In this document: positions 35,520 to 47,483 of the stretch, piece by piece | How the letters are laid out: every line of letters starts with the position of its first letter | How positions within the stretch are numbered: the stretch's first letter is position 1 | Source of the DNA: an uncultured Lentisphaerota bacterium | GTDB taxonomy: Bacteria; Verrucomicrobiota; Lentisphaeria; Victivallales; UBA1829 | Direction: 5' to 3' | Length of the DNA: 64,000 bases | NCBI GenBank assembly: GCA_900320095.1 | Contig: ONQZ01000007.1 | Location: forward strand, 534-64,533 | Made by a program: the position numbers and the translations under genes | The notes under the pieces: generated by a model | Seen by the model: only the letters and a program-made list of their open reading frames with translations | Told to the model about the DNA's origin: nothing | The model's database searches: none

Positions 35520-35990
35520 ATGAGAAGACGCAGAACCACGAAACGGGAACTCATCCCGGACGTCAAATACAACAGCGAACTCGTCGCCCGCCTCATCAAC
35601 ACCCTGATGAAGTGCGGCAAGAAGTCCATCGCCCAGAAGATCGTTTACGGCGCTTTCGACTACATCGCGACCCAGAAGAAAGACATGGAACCCCTCGAAG
35701 TCTTCATCCAGGCCGTCGAAAACGTCAAGCCCAAAGTCGAAGTCAAGTCCCGTCGCGTCGGCGGCGCCAACTACCAGGTGCCCATCGACGTCGCGCCGGA
35801 ACGCCAGGTCGCTCTCGCCATCCGCTGGATCACGACCTATTCCCAGGCCAAGAAGGGCAAACCCATGATGATCGCCCTCGCCACGGAACTCCTCGACGCC
35901 TTCGACAACACCGGCTCCTCCGTGAAGAAAAAAGATGATACCCACAAGATGGCGCAGGCCAACAAGGCGTTCGCCCACTACCGCTGGTAA
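35520..35990 (+). CDS. rpsG: 30S ribosomal protein S7
   Basis: [27 protein letters not shown]. Confidence 0.99.
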   Translation: MRRRRTTKRELIPDVKYNSELVARLINTLMKCGKKSIAQKIVYGAFDYIATQKKDMEPLEVFIQAVENVKPKVEVKSRRVGGANYQVPIDVAPERQVALAIRWITTYSQAKKGKPMMIALATELLDAFDNTGSSVKKKDDTHKMAQANKAFAHYRW

Positions 35991-36017
35991 TCATCCGAAG
36001 CTCCCAAGTTCTACCCT

Positions 36018-38134
<2,117 letters not shown>

Positions 38135-38138
<4 letters not shown>

Positions 38139-38470
38139 GCACAAAGCCCGCTCCCCGTCAGGTCCAGAAGTTCCGCATTAAACTTCAGGCCTACGAACAC
38201 CGCATCCTCGACCAGTCGGTCGCGGAAATCCTCAACACCGCCCGCCGCACCGGATCCCGCGTTGCCGGTCCGATCCCGCTGCCGACCCGGGTGGAACGTT
38301 TCACCGTCAACCGCTCTCCTCACGTGGACAAGAAGTCCATGGAGCAGTTCGAGATCCGCACGCACAAGCGGCTGATGGACATCATCGATCCTACCGCCAA
38401 GACGGTCGACGAGCTGAAGAAGCTCAGCCTCCCCGCGGGCGTGGATATTTCCATCAAGATCGGCGGCTGA
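38135..38470 (+). CDS. rpsJ: 30S ribosomal protein S10
   Basis: [27 protein letters not shown]. Confidence 0.99.
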
Positions 38471-38578
38471 TCCGCAGCCGCTGAACAGGTCGTCGCCCGA
38501 ACGGTTCGGGCGCTGACCGGCAATCCGGCACCAAGGTCCTTTTTCCGATTGAGGACATGTGCCTGAAAGGAGAACAAC

Positions 38579-39205
38579 ATGAAAGGTTTGATCGGAAAGA
38601 AAGTCGGGATGACTCAGCTTTACGACGACAAGGGTGTGCTGACCCCTGTGACGGTCGTTCAGGCTGGCCCGTGCGTCGTGATCGACGTGAAGAATGTGGA
38701 ACGCGACGGCTATTCCGCCGTGCTTTTCGGATTTGGTTCCCGGAAAGCGAAAAATGCAGGCAAGGCAGTTGCCGGCCAGGCCGCAAAGGCCGGAGTCAAC
38801 ACTCCGTCCATCATGAAGGAATTCCGCATTACCGACGATTCCAAGTTCGAGATCGGAGCCGAGATCGGCGCCGGCATCTTCGAAGAAGGTGAATATCTCG
38901 ACGTCACCGGCGTGACCAAGGGACGCGGCTATCAGGGCGTCATGGTCCGCCATCATTTCAAAGGCGGTCGTGACGGACACGGCGGCGGCTGGCACAGAAA
39001 GCCCGGCTCCATCGGATGCCGTGAATCCCCCGGCAACATCATCAAAGGCAAGAAAATGCCCGGTCAGCACGGCAGCGTGAAGCGCACTGTGCAGAACCTG
39101 CGCGTTGTCAAAGTCGATTCCGCGGAAAATCTGATCTTTGTAAGTGGGGCGATCCCCGGACCTAACGGCGGCACCGTACTCGTCAGAAAAGCGATCAAGA
39201 AATAA
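38579..39205 (+). CDS. rplC: 50S ribosomal protein L3
   Basis: GKKVGMTQ, TKGRGYQG, KGKKMPG. Confidence 0.99.
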   Translation: MKGLIGKKVGMTQLYDDKGVLTPVTVVQAGPCVVIDVKNVERDGYSAVLFGFGSRKAKNAGKAVAGQAAKAGVNTPSIMKEFRITDDSKFEIGAEIGAGIFEEGEYLDVTGVTKGRGYQGVMVRHHFKGGRDGHGGGWHRKPGSIGCRESPGNIIKGKKMPGQHGSVKRTVQNLRVVKVDSAENLIFVSGAIPGPNGGTVLVRKAIKK

Positions 39206-39230
39206 TCCCAAACTTACAAGGTGACACGTT

Positions 39231-39863
39231 ATGAATCTCGATATTCTCAATATGAAGGGCGAAAAGGTCGGAGTCTACGAGCTCCCCGATACCGCCCTCG
39301 AACTGGAGAAGGGCTCCCAGGCGGTCAAAGACACCGTCGTGTCCTTCCTCAACGCGTGCCGCGCAGGCACTGCCTCCACCAAGACCCGCGGCCAGGTTTC
39401 CGGCGGCGGCCGCAAGCCCTTCAAGCAGAAAGGCCTCGGCCGTGCCCGCAGCGGTTCCTCCCGTAATGCCTCCTGGCGTCACGGCGGTGTGGCGTTCGGC
39501 CCCACCCCCCGCAGCTTCGCGACCAAGATCAACGCCAAGGTCCGCAGACTCGCGCTCCAGCGTTCGTTCTCCGAATCCGTGAAGAACTCCGGCGTCATCG
39601 TCGTCGACGACGTCAAGTTCGAAAGCCCGAAGACGAAGGAAGCGGTCGCCGCTTTCAACGCCCTGAAGGCCACCGGCAAAATCCTTTGCGTCGTTGCCGA
39701 CTACGAGGAAAACTCCATCCTCGCCACCAGCAATCTCCCCGCCGTCTGCCTCATGAAGGCTTCCGCGGTCAACACCTACCAGGTCCTCTGGGCGGACATG
39801 CTCGTTTGCAGCAAGGATGCCATGGATGTGATCGTCAAGCGCATTGAGAAGGTGACCAAATGA
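39231..39863 (+). CDS. rplD: 50S ribosomal protein L4
   Basis: TKTRGQVSGGGRKPFKQKGLGRAR, GGVAFGP. Confidence 0.99.
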   Translation: MNLDILNMKGEKVGVYELPDTALELEKGSQAVKDTVVSFLNACRAGTASTKTRGQVSGGGRKPFKQKGLGRARSGSSRNASWRHGGVAFGPTPRSFATKINAKVRRLALQRSFSESVKNSGVIVVDDVKFESPKTKEAVAAFNALKATGKILCVVADYEENSILATSNLPAVCLMKASAVNTYQVLWADMLVCSKDAMDVIVKRIEKVTK

Positions 39864-40144
39864 AATCTTCCTACGACATCATCAAGCACATCATGATGAC
39901 TGAGAAGTGCACGCTTCTCAAGGGCGCCAACCAGTATTCCTTCAAGGTCTGCTCCTGCGCCACGAAGACCGAGATCGCCGCCGCCGTCGAAGACATCTAC
40001 GAAGGCGTGAAGGTCAAGTCCGTCAACATCATGAACTACACCGGCAAGCTCAAACGCGTCGGAAAATCCCCCGTCCGCGGTCGCCGTTCCAACTGGAAAA
40101 AAGCCATCGTCACCCTCGCCGAGGGCACGATCGAGCTCGCATAA
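39860..40144 (+). CDS. rplW: 50S ribosomal protein L23
   Basis: MTEK, YSFKV, WKKAIVTL. Confidence 0.97.
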   Translation: MKSSYDIIKHIMMTEKCTLLKGANQYSFKVCSCATKTEIAAAVEDIYEGVKVKSVNIMNYTGKLKRVGKSPVRGRRSNWKKAIVTLAEGTIELA

Positions 40145-40156
40145 GGAGACACGCAA

Positions 40157-40984
40157 ATGCCGATCAAAACCTACAAGCCCACGACGAACAACCGCCGCTA
40201 CATCGGCGTCGTCGACTACTCCGCCGAGCTCACTAAGAAGGCTCCCGAGAAGGCTCTCACCAAGGGCATCCGCTCCACCGGCGCCCGCAACAACGTCGGC
40301 CGCATGACCGTCCGCTTCCGCGGCGGCGGCAACAAGCGCGCCTACCGCCAGATCGACTTCAACCGCACCAAGACCGGTCCCGCGACCGTCAAGGCGATCG
40401 AGTACGATCCGAACCGCTCCGCGTTCATCGCCCTCATCTGCTACGAAGACGGCACGAAGTCCTACATCCTCGCGCCCGTCGGCCTCAAGGTCGGTCAGGT
40501 CATCGCTTCCGGCGCGGGCGCCGAGATCAAGCCCGGCAACGCCCTCCAGCTGAAGAACATCCCCCTGGGACTCCAGATCCACAACATCGAAATGACCCCC
40601 GGCCGCGGCGGCAAGATCGTCCGTTCCGCCGGTCAGTACGCCGTCCTCCGCTCCCGCGAAGGCGACTACTGCCAGGTCAAGCTTCCCAGCGGTGAAGTCC
40701 GCATGTTCCACATCAACTGCCTCGCCACCATCGGCCAGGTGGGCAACCTCGATCACATGAACGTCTCCCTCGGCAAGGCCGGCAAAGCCCGCTACAAAGG
40801 CTTCCGCCCCCACGTCCGCGGCGTCGTCCAGAACCCGATCGACCACCCCATGGGCGGCGGCGAAGGCCGTTCCTCCGGCGGCGGTCACCCCGTGTCCCCC
40901 TGGGGTCAGCTTGCCAAGGGCAAACGCACCCGTCACCCGAAGAAGCCGAGCAACAAGTTCATCGTCGAACGCAGGAGAAAGTAA
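40157..40984 (+). CDS. rplB: 50S ribosomal protein L2
   Basis: [21 protein letters not shown]. Confidence 0.99.
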   Translation: MPIKTYKPTTNNRRYIGVVDYSAELTKKAPEKALTKGIRSTGARNNVGRMTVRFRGGGNKRAYRQIDFNRTKTGPATVKAIEYDPNRSAFIALICYEDGTKSYILAPVGLKVGQVIASGAGAEIKPGNALQLKNIPLGLQIHNIEMTPGRGGKIVRSAGQYAVLRSREGDYCQVKLPSGEVRMFHINCLATIGQVGNLDHMNVSLGKAGKARYKGFRPHVRGVVQNPIDHPMGGGEGRSSGGGHPVSPWGQLAKGKRTRHPKKPSNKFIVERRRK

Positions 40985-40987
40985 CCT

Positions 40988-41266
40988 ATGGGCAGATCAA
41001 TCAAAAAAGGTCCGTTTGTGGACTATCATCTGGTCGAAAAAGTCGAACGCATGGAAAAGGCCGGCGGCAACAAGAAGCCGATCAAGACCTGGTCCCGCCG
41101 TTCCATGGTACTCCCCGAGTTCGTCGGGTATACCTTCAACGTGCACAACGGCAAGATCTTCGTTCCCGTGTTCGTCACGGAGAACATGGTCGGACACCGT
41201 TTCGGCGAATTCGCCCCGACCCGTACCTTCCACGGCCACGGCGTCATCTCCGGCAAGACTGTCTAA
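40988..41266 (+). CDS. rpsS: 30S ribosomal protein S19
   Basis: [28 protein letters not shown]. Confidence 0.99.
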   Translation: MGRSIKKGPFVDYHLVEKVERMEKAGGNKKPIKTWSRRSMVLPEFVGYTFNVHNGKIFVPVFVTENMVGHRFGEFAPTRTFHGHGVISGKTV

Positions 41267-41302
41267 TCCGCAGTTTTCCGGGTACCGTTTACGGTATTCT
41301 CT

Positions 41303-41338
41303 TCCGGGATCCCCCTCAAAAGGGACCCCGGTTTTTTT
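41303..41338 (+). terminator. Rho-independent terminator ending the S10 transcript after rpsS
   Basis: CCGGGATCCC...GGGACCCCGG followed by T7. Confidence 0.8.
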
Positions 41339-41362
41339 ATGTCGCCTCAATTCATTTCCCTT

Positions 41363-41553
41363 CGGCGGCTTTTCGTGTCCGGGCAAAGTCCAACTGGTAA
41401 GATTCTCGGTGGTTACGTTTTCAGGTAGCCACGCTCGAATCTTCCTGCATTGGCCTTTATGCCCGTACGCTGAAAATCCATCCGAACTGAATTCATTGAG
41501 GCTCCCTTCGTTTTTACAGCGGCGGCGGTCCGGCGGCTTTTCGTGTCCGGGCA
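41363..41553. repeat. 23-bp perfect direct repeat, 168 bp apart
   Basis: CGGCGGCTTTTCGTGTCCGGGCA at 41363-41385 and 41531-41553; partial CCGGGCAAAG at 41673-41682. Confidence 0.9.
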
Positions 41554-41764
41554 TCGCTTTGCCGAGTTACGATGTAAAATGGCAGGAAACGGCCTTGCGG
41601 CGCGATTTGCGCGCCGAAACGGGCGTAGACGAGTATTGATGCGTCCGGAGTGTCAAGGCCGCCCGAAACGGCCCGGGCAAAGCCGGGTGCTGCCGCAGTG
41701 GAGACCCCGCCTCCCGTGCGCAAGCGAAGCTGAGCGCACTGCATCAGTCCAGGACTTGTCCTGG

Positions 41765-42304
41765 TTACGGTGTAGGAAATATGAATTCCTTCCGCGGGAT
41801 GCGCGGCGTGAGCCCGATCTCGTGCAGGATCTTCGCGCAGGTCAGCGCGTCCTCCAGCGCATCGTGGTGCCGGAAGGTGATGTTGAAATACGCGGCGACG
41901 TTGTTCAGCGAATGCGAGGCGAGTTCGGGCAGGGCGCGGCGGCTGGCGGCCAGGCTGCACACGTACGGGAAGCGCACCGGCGGCAGATTATAAAGCCCCA
42001 GCACGGCGCGCAGGTGGCTCAGGTCGAACGGCGCGTTGTGGATGACCACGCAGTCCGCCGACAGCAGCATGTCGCGCAGTCCCGGCCAGATCGACGGGAA
42101 TTCGTCCGCGTCCTCCAGGTCGCACGCGCCGATCCCGTGCACGCGGTAGCAGAACGATGCGATCCAGTTCATGTCCGGATGCGGCCGGACCAGACGTTCG
42201 AACGTTTCGGCCTCCTCGCCGTCCTGGATGATGCCGCATCCCGCCGCGCAGATGCTCCCCGCGCAGCCGTTCGCCGTCTCGAAATCAAGTCCCGCCAGCC
42301 TCAT
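41765..42304 (-). CDS. DEDDh 3'-5' exonuclease (DNA polymerase III epsilon-like)
   Basis: GLDFETAN, IHNAPFD, HHDALEDA; promoter TTGACA-16-TATATT at 42361-42388. Confidence 0.92.
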   Translation of the reverse strand: MRLAGLDFETANGCAGSICAAGCGIIQDGEEAETFERLVRPHPDMNWIASFCYRVHGIGACDLEDADEFPSIWPGLRDMLLSADCVVIHNAPFDLSHLRAVLGLYNLPPVRFPYVCSLAASRRALPELASHSLNNVAAYFNITFRHHDALEDALTCAKILHEIGLTPRIPRKEFIFPTP

Positions 42305-42384
42305 TTCCGCCTGAATGATTCCTCTGTTTTACTTTGATTTGTTCGCACAAATATCAGGTAAATATAGTGCGTGTTTTTCGTTTG

Positions 42385-42786
42385 TCAAACTGCTTTTCCC
42401 CCTAACAGAAGGTCCTGCCTCCTGTCTTCCGCGAGCGCGCCGCACAGCTCCAGGATCGACTGGAACGCGGCCCAGTGTTCCGGCAGGACGCTGCCGCCGT
42501 TCACCTGTTTCACGGATTTTCCGCCGTCGAACAGCTCCAGACCCCATCGGGCTCCGTTCGTGCCCGGCGCGGGGGCATCGTCCCGCCACGCCTCGAACTC
42601 GCAGGCGTCGAGTTTCAGTTTCAGCACGTCCAGCACGGGGCGCGTGAGGCGGCGCCAGTTGACTTCGCCGCGGATGCCGGACCTCACCGTGAGCTCGCCG
42701 ATCCCGCCGAAGTCGACGGTCAGCGTGCTCCCCGGCTCCGATCCGGGGGATTCGCGGTACACCAGTTTGTCGAAGGTCATGCGCAT
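42385..42786 (-). CDS. Hypothetical protein (133 aa)
   Basis: Host-like codons, GAAAGG RBS; no recognisable family. Confidence 0.65.
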   Translation of the reverse strand: MRMTFDKLVYRESPGSEPGSTLTVDFGGIGELTVRSGIRGEVNWRRLTRPVLDVLKLKLDACEFEAWRDDAPAPGTNGARWGLELFDGGKSVKQVNGGSVLPEHWAAFQSILELCGALAEDRRQDLLLGGKAV

Positions 42787-42821
42787 ATTCCTTTCCGTTC
42801 ATTTTCCTGTTTCTGTCCTGT

Positions 42822-42941
42822 TCAGGCGCAGGCGAGTTTGAGGATGACGGCGAGTGTGACGGCGCAGACGGCGACGAATCCGAGGTTTTCGGCTGTGAGG
42901 TCGAACAGGACGTGCAGGGCGGCGGCGGTCTTTTCTTTCAT
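42822..42941 (-). CDS. Small hydrophobic protein (39 aa)
   Basis: Hand translation MKEKTAAALHVLFDLTAENLGFVAVCAVTLAVILKLACA; AAGGAG RBS; extended -10 TG-A-TATAGT at 43017-43025. Confidence 0.6.
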   Translation of the reverse strand: MKEKTAAALHVLFDLTAENLGFVAVCAVTLAVILKLACA

Positions 42942-43029
42942 GGCAGGTACTCCTTGTGAAATGTTTGTCGGTTTTGTGCGGAAACAGCTTTTATGCTCTT
43001 TCGTGTTTGCGAGTATACTATATCATCGA

Positions 43030-43046
43030 ACACTGCCATAGAGTGT
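43030..43046. promoter_or_regulatory. Palindromic operator candidate ACACT-N7-AGTGT
   Basis: Perfect 5-bp inverted repeat overlapping the expected -35 position of the small-protein promoter. Confidence 0.35.
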
Positions 43047-43115
43047 CAGTTTCAATCGCCGGAATCAAAAAAAGACAAAAAAAAACCACCTCAAAGGGCG
43101 GATCGTGCATAAATA

Positions 43116-43153
43116 AATCCCGCAAGTTGTCAGAAGATGACACTTGCGGGATT
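43116..43153 (-). terminator. Hairpin terminator after the aldo/keto reductase
   Basis: AATCCCGCAAG(T)TGTCA-GAAGA-TGACACTTGCGGGATT, 16-bp stem. Confidence 0.6.
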
Positions 43154-43174
43154 CGTTGTCAAACGGAAAAGAAA

Positions 43175-44113
43175 TCAGAAGCGGAAGAGGGCGTCTTCGG
43201 GGAAGGGATTGTCGAAGGAGGCGCAGAGCTCGCGGAGGTTCTTTTCCGTGGAGGCGGTAAAGACGGGGATCATCTGAATCCCAGGGTAGTCCGTCTGGAA
43301 CCGGATGCAGATCTGAGCGGGCGTGAGGCCGGTTTCCCGCGCGAGGCCGTGGATCTTTTTCGCGAGCAGACGCGCCGCGCCGGAATCGTACATGGTCCCG
43401 GCGAAACGCTCGTTGTCCGGGTCGGAGAGGAAGCCCTCCGCGAGCGAGGAGGAGCCCATGACGGTCATTCCGGTCGCGCGATGGTAGTCCGCGTAATTCC
43501 GGTTCCACATGGACATCGTGTCGTCGGGCATGGGATTGGTGAGGCCGACCGCCGGATGCGTGGTGAGCTGGTTCACGCGGAATCCCTCGAAGCCGTGTTC
43601 CTGCGCGGCCTTGTCGGCGGCGGTGAGCCGCTGGACGCGCCAGTTGGACGAGCCGTAGTAACGGATCTTGCCCTCCGCCTTCGCCTTTTCGCAGACCTCC
43701 AGCAGAGTCGCGACGGGCATGCGCATGTCGTCGCGGTGGAAGAGATACAGGTCGATGCGGTCGGTGCGGAGCGCCTTGAGCGAGGTTTCCAGGTCGGCCA
43801 TGAAGTCGGCGGGCGTCACGCGGTCCGCCTTCGTTTCCAAGTCGTAGTGGCAGCCCTTCGTGCAGACGACGAACTTGTCGCGGTTGCTGCGCGATTTGAA
43901 ATAGTCGCCGAGGACGCGTTCGCTGCGGTGGAGTTCGCCGGGCACCCAGTTCGAGTAGACGGACGCGGTATCGACGAAATTGCCGCCAAGCGAGGCGAAC
44001 AGGTCGAGCAGGCGCATGCCTTCGGCTTCGTCCGGCCGGAGCCCGAGTTTGACCTGTCCGTAGCAGATTTGCGAGACTTCGAGGTCTGTGTTGTGTATCC
44101 GTATGCGGTTCAT
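43175..44113 (-). CDS. Aldo/keto reductase
   Basis: GGNFVDTASVY, VVCTKG, SLKALRTDRIDLYLFHRD, GKIRYYGSSNW. Confidence 0.93.
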   Translation of the reverse strand: MNRIRIHNTDLEVSQICYGQVKLGLRPDEAEGMRLLDLFASLGGNFVDTASVYSNWVPGELHRSERVLGDYFKSRSNRDKFVVCTKGCHYDLETKADRVTPADFMADLETSLKALRTDRIDLYLFHRDDMRMPVATLLEVCEKAKAEGKIRYYGSSNWRVQRLTAADKAAQEHGFEGFRVNQLTTHPAVGLTNPMPDDTMSMWNRNYADYHRATGMTVMGSSSLAEGFLSDPDNERFAGTMYDSGAARLLAKKIHGLARETGLTPAQICIRFQTDYPGIQMIPVFTASTEKNLRELCASFDNPFPEDALFRF

Positions 44114-44168
44114 ATCGCACAAAAAAAGCTGTCGGGCGGCTCAATGTCGAACCGCCCGGAGCCGGGGA

Positions 44169-44702
44169 TCAGTAGTTGTCGGCCTCGATCTGGAAATAAG
44201 CCCGCGGATGGTTGCAGACGGGGCAGACTTCCGGCGGAGTGGTGCCGATGTAGATGTGGCCGCAGTTGCGGCATTCCCAGCGGTTTTCGCCGGTGCGGAC
44301 CCAGATTTCTCCGGTTTCGATGTTGGAGAGGAGCTTGCGGTAGCGTTCCTCGTGGCGCTTCTCAATGGCGGCGACGCCCTCGAACTGGGCGGCGATGTCG
44401 TTGAAGCCTTCTGCGCGCGCCTCTTCGGCGAAGCGCTTGTACATGTCGGTCCATTCCTCGCGTTCGCCTTCGGCGGCGGCCTTCAGGTTTTCGACGGTGG
44501 AGCCGATGCCGCCGAGGTGCTTGAACCAGAGCTTGGCGTGTTCCTTTTCATTGTCGGCGGTCTCGAGGAAGAACGCGGCGATCTGCTCGTAGCCTTCCTT
44601 CTTCGCCTTGCTGGCGAAGTAGGTGTATTTGTTGCGTGCCTGGGATTCGCCTGCGAACGCGAATGCGAGGTTCTTTTCGGTCTTGCTGCCTTTCAGTTCC
44701 AT
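44169..44702 (-). CDS. rbr: Rubrerythrin
   Basis: [27 protein letters not shown]-terminal CRNCG...CPVC; terminator hairpin plus T6 at about 44120-44160. Confidence 0.97.
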   Translation of the reverse strand: MELKGSKTEKNLAFAFAGESQARNKYTYFASKAKKEGYEQIAAFFLETADNEKEHAKLWFKHLGGIGSTVENLKAAAEGEREEWTDMYKRFAEEARAEGFNDIAAQFEGVAAIEKRHEERYRKLLSNIETGEIWVRTGENRWECRNCGHIYIGTTPPEVCPVCNHPRAYFQIEADNY

Positions 44703-44775
44703 GATGAAAATCCTTTCATGGGTTTGAGGGTGTGGATTGGAGAAAGTGAGGGTAAATTGTCAGTTCGGTTCGAGG

Positions 44776-45324
44776 TCATCTTCTGCCGCGCTGGGGCGGC
44801 GGATCGGGGATGAACGGCTTGACCTTGTCGACGAGCTGGCGGGAGTTCAGCCCGAGTTCGCTGCAGAGGTCGAGCACGCGGATGAGCTTGCGGTACTTCA
44901 CGTTCGGGTCGCACTTGATGATGATCGTGGAGTTCGCGTCGGCCGCGGCGACGGCGGCAAGGCGTTCGCGGAGGCGGGAGACCTCCATCGGGGCGGAGCC
45001 GTTGAACGAATAGTACAGGCGTTCGTCCTTCAGGACCTCGTTCGGGTCGTCGCGGTCGCCGAGCGCGGCCAGGCGCGCGTCGATCTCGTCGATATTGTCG
45101 CGCGAATACTTGTCGACGTCGATGGTGATTGGGATGAGCGGGTCGGCGGCGACGGTCGACATGTCGGGCGCGGGCAGTTCCACGTTGATCATGACTTCCT
45201 CGGTGATCGGTTTCTGTGTCACGAGGAAGAAGATGAGCAGCAGGAAGACGACGTCGATCATGCTGGACAGGGGGAAGCTGGCGTCCGGGGGCGGATTGAG
45301 CTTGGTGGATTCTTTTCTTGCCAT
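44776..45324 (-). CDS. ExbD/TolR family protein (copy 2)
   Basis: PLSSMIDVVFLLLIFFLV (TM Asp), IIKCDPNVKY...VLD. Confidence 0.92.
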   Translation of the reverse strand: MARKESTKLNPPPDASFPLSSMIDVVFLLLIFFLVTQKPITEEVMINVELPAPDMSTVAADPLIPITIDVDKYSRDNIDEIDARLAALGDRDDPNEVLKDERLYYSFNGSAPMEVSRLRERLAAVAAADANSTIIIKCDPNVKYRKLIRVLDLCSELGLNSRQLVDKVKPFIPDPPPQRGRR

Positions 45325-45336
45325 GTTGCGCCTCCG

Positions 45337-45762
45337 TTATTCCTGCACGCCCGCGAGGCTGACTTTGTACAGCCCGGTCTTCTTGATCGCATCCAGGGCC
45401 TTCGCGCCGTAGTAATACTGCACCTGGCGGTCGCCGCGGATCACGATGGGGATCGACAGCGGATCGGGCGCGGTGCGCTTCACGTCCTCCAGCAGGGCGG
45501 TGAGTTCCGGGCCGGTCATGGCGCGGCCGCCGACGGTCATGGAGCCGTCCATGCGGAGGTTGATCGTGATGGTGCGCGGATCCTGCTTGACGACGGGGCG
45601 TCCGTTGGGGGCGTCGGCGAGGAGGACGCTTTCGTCCTGCATGTCCTTGTCAAGCGTGGCGGTCACGATGAAGAAGATGATGAGGAGGAAGACGATGTCG
45701 ATCATGCTGGAGATCGGCACCGATGCGGCTTCCTCGGTCATGAGTCTGGTTTTCTTGGCCAT
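45337..45762 (-). CDS. ExbD/TolR family protein (copy 1)
   Basis: PISSMIDIVFLLIIFFIV, VIRGDRQVQY. Confidence 0.93.
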   Translation of the reverse strand: MAKKTRLMTEEAASVPISSMIDIVFLLIIFFIVTATLDKDMQDESVLLADAPNGRPVVKQDPRTITINLRMDGSMTVGGRAMTGPELTALLEDVKRTAPDPLSIPIVIRGDRQVQYYYGAKALDAIKKTGLYKVSLAGVQE

Positions 45763-45798
45763 TTGTGATGCTCCTTTGAGCGGGATTCACGGGTGCGG

Positions 45799-46563
45799 TC
45801 ACTGTTCCTTGACTTCGGAGTTCTTCAGCGTGTTGATGAGTTCGTAGGTCATTGCCTCCATCATGAGGATGATCTTGGAGGCGTTGTTCTTGATGAACGT
45901 GAATCCGAGGATGGCGGGGACGGCGATGAAGAGGCCGACGGCGGTGGTGTAGAGTGCGGAGGAGATGGACTGCGCGAGCGCGGCGGTCTGCGCGGCGCCC
46001 TTCACGGTGCCGAGGCTGCCGAACGCGGACACCATGCCTGTGACCGTGCCCATGAGGCCGAACATCGGGGCGAGCTGGCCGCAGAGGTTGAGGTAGTTCA
46101 CGCGCTGCATGAGCTTTTCGGTCTCAATGCTGGCCTGCGAGGACACGGAGTCGAGCACGACGTCGTAGCCCTCGGTGATGCTGTTGAAGCCGGACATCAG
46201 GATGTTGGAGAGCGGGCCGGGGGTGGCTTCACAGGCTTCCATCGCGGCGCCCAGGTCGCCCTCGGCGAGCGAGTTCTTCACGGTCTCGATGAGGTCGGCG
46301 GGCATGATCTTCACCGCGCGAATGCAGACGCAGGAGTCGATGATGAGCGCGAGCGTGGCGAGCGAGGTCAGGAAGATCATGAGCCAGACGATCAGGTCCA
46401 TCGCCGTGCCGCCGAAGACGACCGACAGGAAACTGGTGCCCTTGGCAGCCGGTTCTTCCGCCGCTTCCGCGGCTTCCTGCGCCCAGGCGGGCATGGAGAG
46501 CAGAAGACCCGTGGCGGCGACGGCCGCGGCCGTCAGGAACGCTGAGGTGCGATTGAGTTTCAT
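45799..46563 (-). CDS. MotA/TolQ/ExbB proton channel protein
   Basis: Signal peptide, then APMFGLMGTVTGMVSAF and ALYTTAVGLFIAVPA. Confidence 0.94.
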   Translation of the reverse strand: MKLNRTSAFLTAAAVAATGLLLSMPAWAQEAAEAAEEPAAKGTSFLSVVFGGTAMDLIVWLMIFLTSLATLALIIDSCVCIRAVKIMPADLIETVKNSLAEGDLGAAMEACEATPGPLSNILMSGFNSITEGYDVVLDSVSSQASIETEKLMQRVNYLNLCGQLAPMFGLMGTVTGMVSAFGSLGTVKGAAQTAALAQSISSALYTTAVGLFIAVPAILGFTFIKNNASKIILMMEAMTYELINTLKNSEVKEQ

Positions 46564-46626
46564 ACGAATGATTCCTTTATGTTGAAAGTTTCGATTTGAT
46601 GACTTTTTCAGGTGGGGCAGGGGGGA

Positions 46627-47451
46627 TCAGAGCTGCTTGGCGTAGTCGCTCTTCGGGTAGTCCTTCTTCAGCTTGTCGGCGAAGATCTTCGCGCGGGCGT
46701 CGTTCAGCACGGTGAGCGTCTGGTAGGCGCGGAACGTCGCTTCGGCGGCGCGGCTGGACTTCGGGAAGAGAAGGCTGATCTGGGCGTAGGCGTTGAACGC
46801 GTCGCGGCGGTCATCCTGGGAGTTCGTTTCCGAGGCGCGGGCGGAGAGGATGTCGCCGCGTGCGAAGAGTGCGCTCACGGCCGCGGCGTCGCCGGCGTAC
46901 ATGAGTTTCTTGGAGAGTTCGAGCCCCTTGTCCCACGCCTTGATGTTGGCGTAGAACTTGATGAGGAGCTCGTATGCCGCGCTCAGGTCCGCCTCGTTGC
47001 GCGGACTGGCGTTCGAGTAGTCCTTCAGCGTCTCGAGCACCTTGATCGCCTCGGACTGCTTCCCGGAGGCGTCGAGCGCCTCGGCCTGGCGGAGCTTGCA
47101 GTAGGGTTCCCAGCCGAGTGGACCGAACGGCTTGACGAGTCCGGCGAACGTGGTGGCGGCTTCGTCGTATTTCTTGTTCGTGATGAGCTTGTCGGCGGCG
47201 GTGATCTCCTCCGGTTTCGGAATCCACGCCCAGCGGACGCGGTTTTTGCGGATGGAGAGTTTCGGGGAGCCGTCTTTCAGGGATTCAGCATAGCGGAAAT
47301 CGCCGCTCTGCGTGAGCTCGACGGACGCGGCGCGGATCTCCTCGCCGTCGGTCGTCATGATCACGGGTTTGGCGGAGGCGGCGGACTGCGCGGAGAGCTG
47401 GACTGCCGCCAGCAGGAGTCCGCCTGTGAGGAGCGTCATCAGTTTTTTCAT
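46627..47451 (-). CDS. Secreted TPR protein with BamD/CpoB-like C-terminal repeats (274 aa)
   Basis: Start MKKLMTLL (ATG at 47451, GAGG RBS); signal peptide; YAQISLLFPKS...KLKKDYPKSDYA. Confidence 0.75.
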   Translation of the reverse strand: MKKLMTLLTGGLLLAAVQLSAQSAASAKPVIMTTDGEEIRAASVELTQSGDFRYAESLKDGSPKLSIRKNRVRWAWIPKPEEITAADKLITNKKYDEAATTFAGLVKPFGPLGWEPYCKLRQAEALDASGKQSEAIKVLETLKDYSNASPRNEADLSAAYELLIKFYANIKAWDKGLELSKKLMYAGDAAAVSALFARGDILSARASETNSQDDRRDAFNAYAQISLLFPKSSRAAEATFRAYQTLTVLNDARAKIFADKLKKDYPKSDYAKQL

Positions 47452-47483
47452 CTGGTTACCTCGTTGTATGGATGATGTTTTGA

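Noticed and set aside
41363-41553. 23-bp repeats as a mini-CRISPR, or the region as RNase P or SRP RNA
   Set aside because: The 145-bp spacer is far too long; GCAAAGTCC only resembles the RNase P GAGGAAAGTCC and the 3' P4 motif is missing; no SRP helix-8 motif.
40997-41554. 185-aa minus-strand ORF with PGHEKPP twice
   Set aside because: The repeat just reflects the 23-bp DNA duplication; the ORF overlaps rpsS antisense and has no RBS or family signal.
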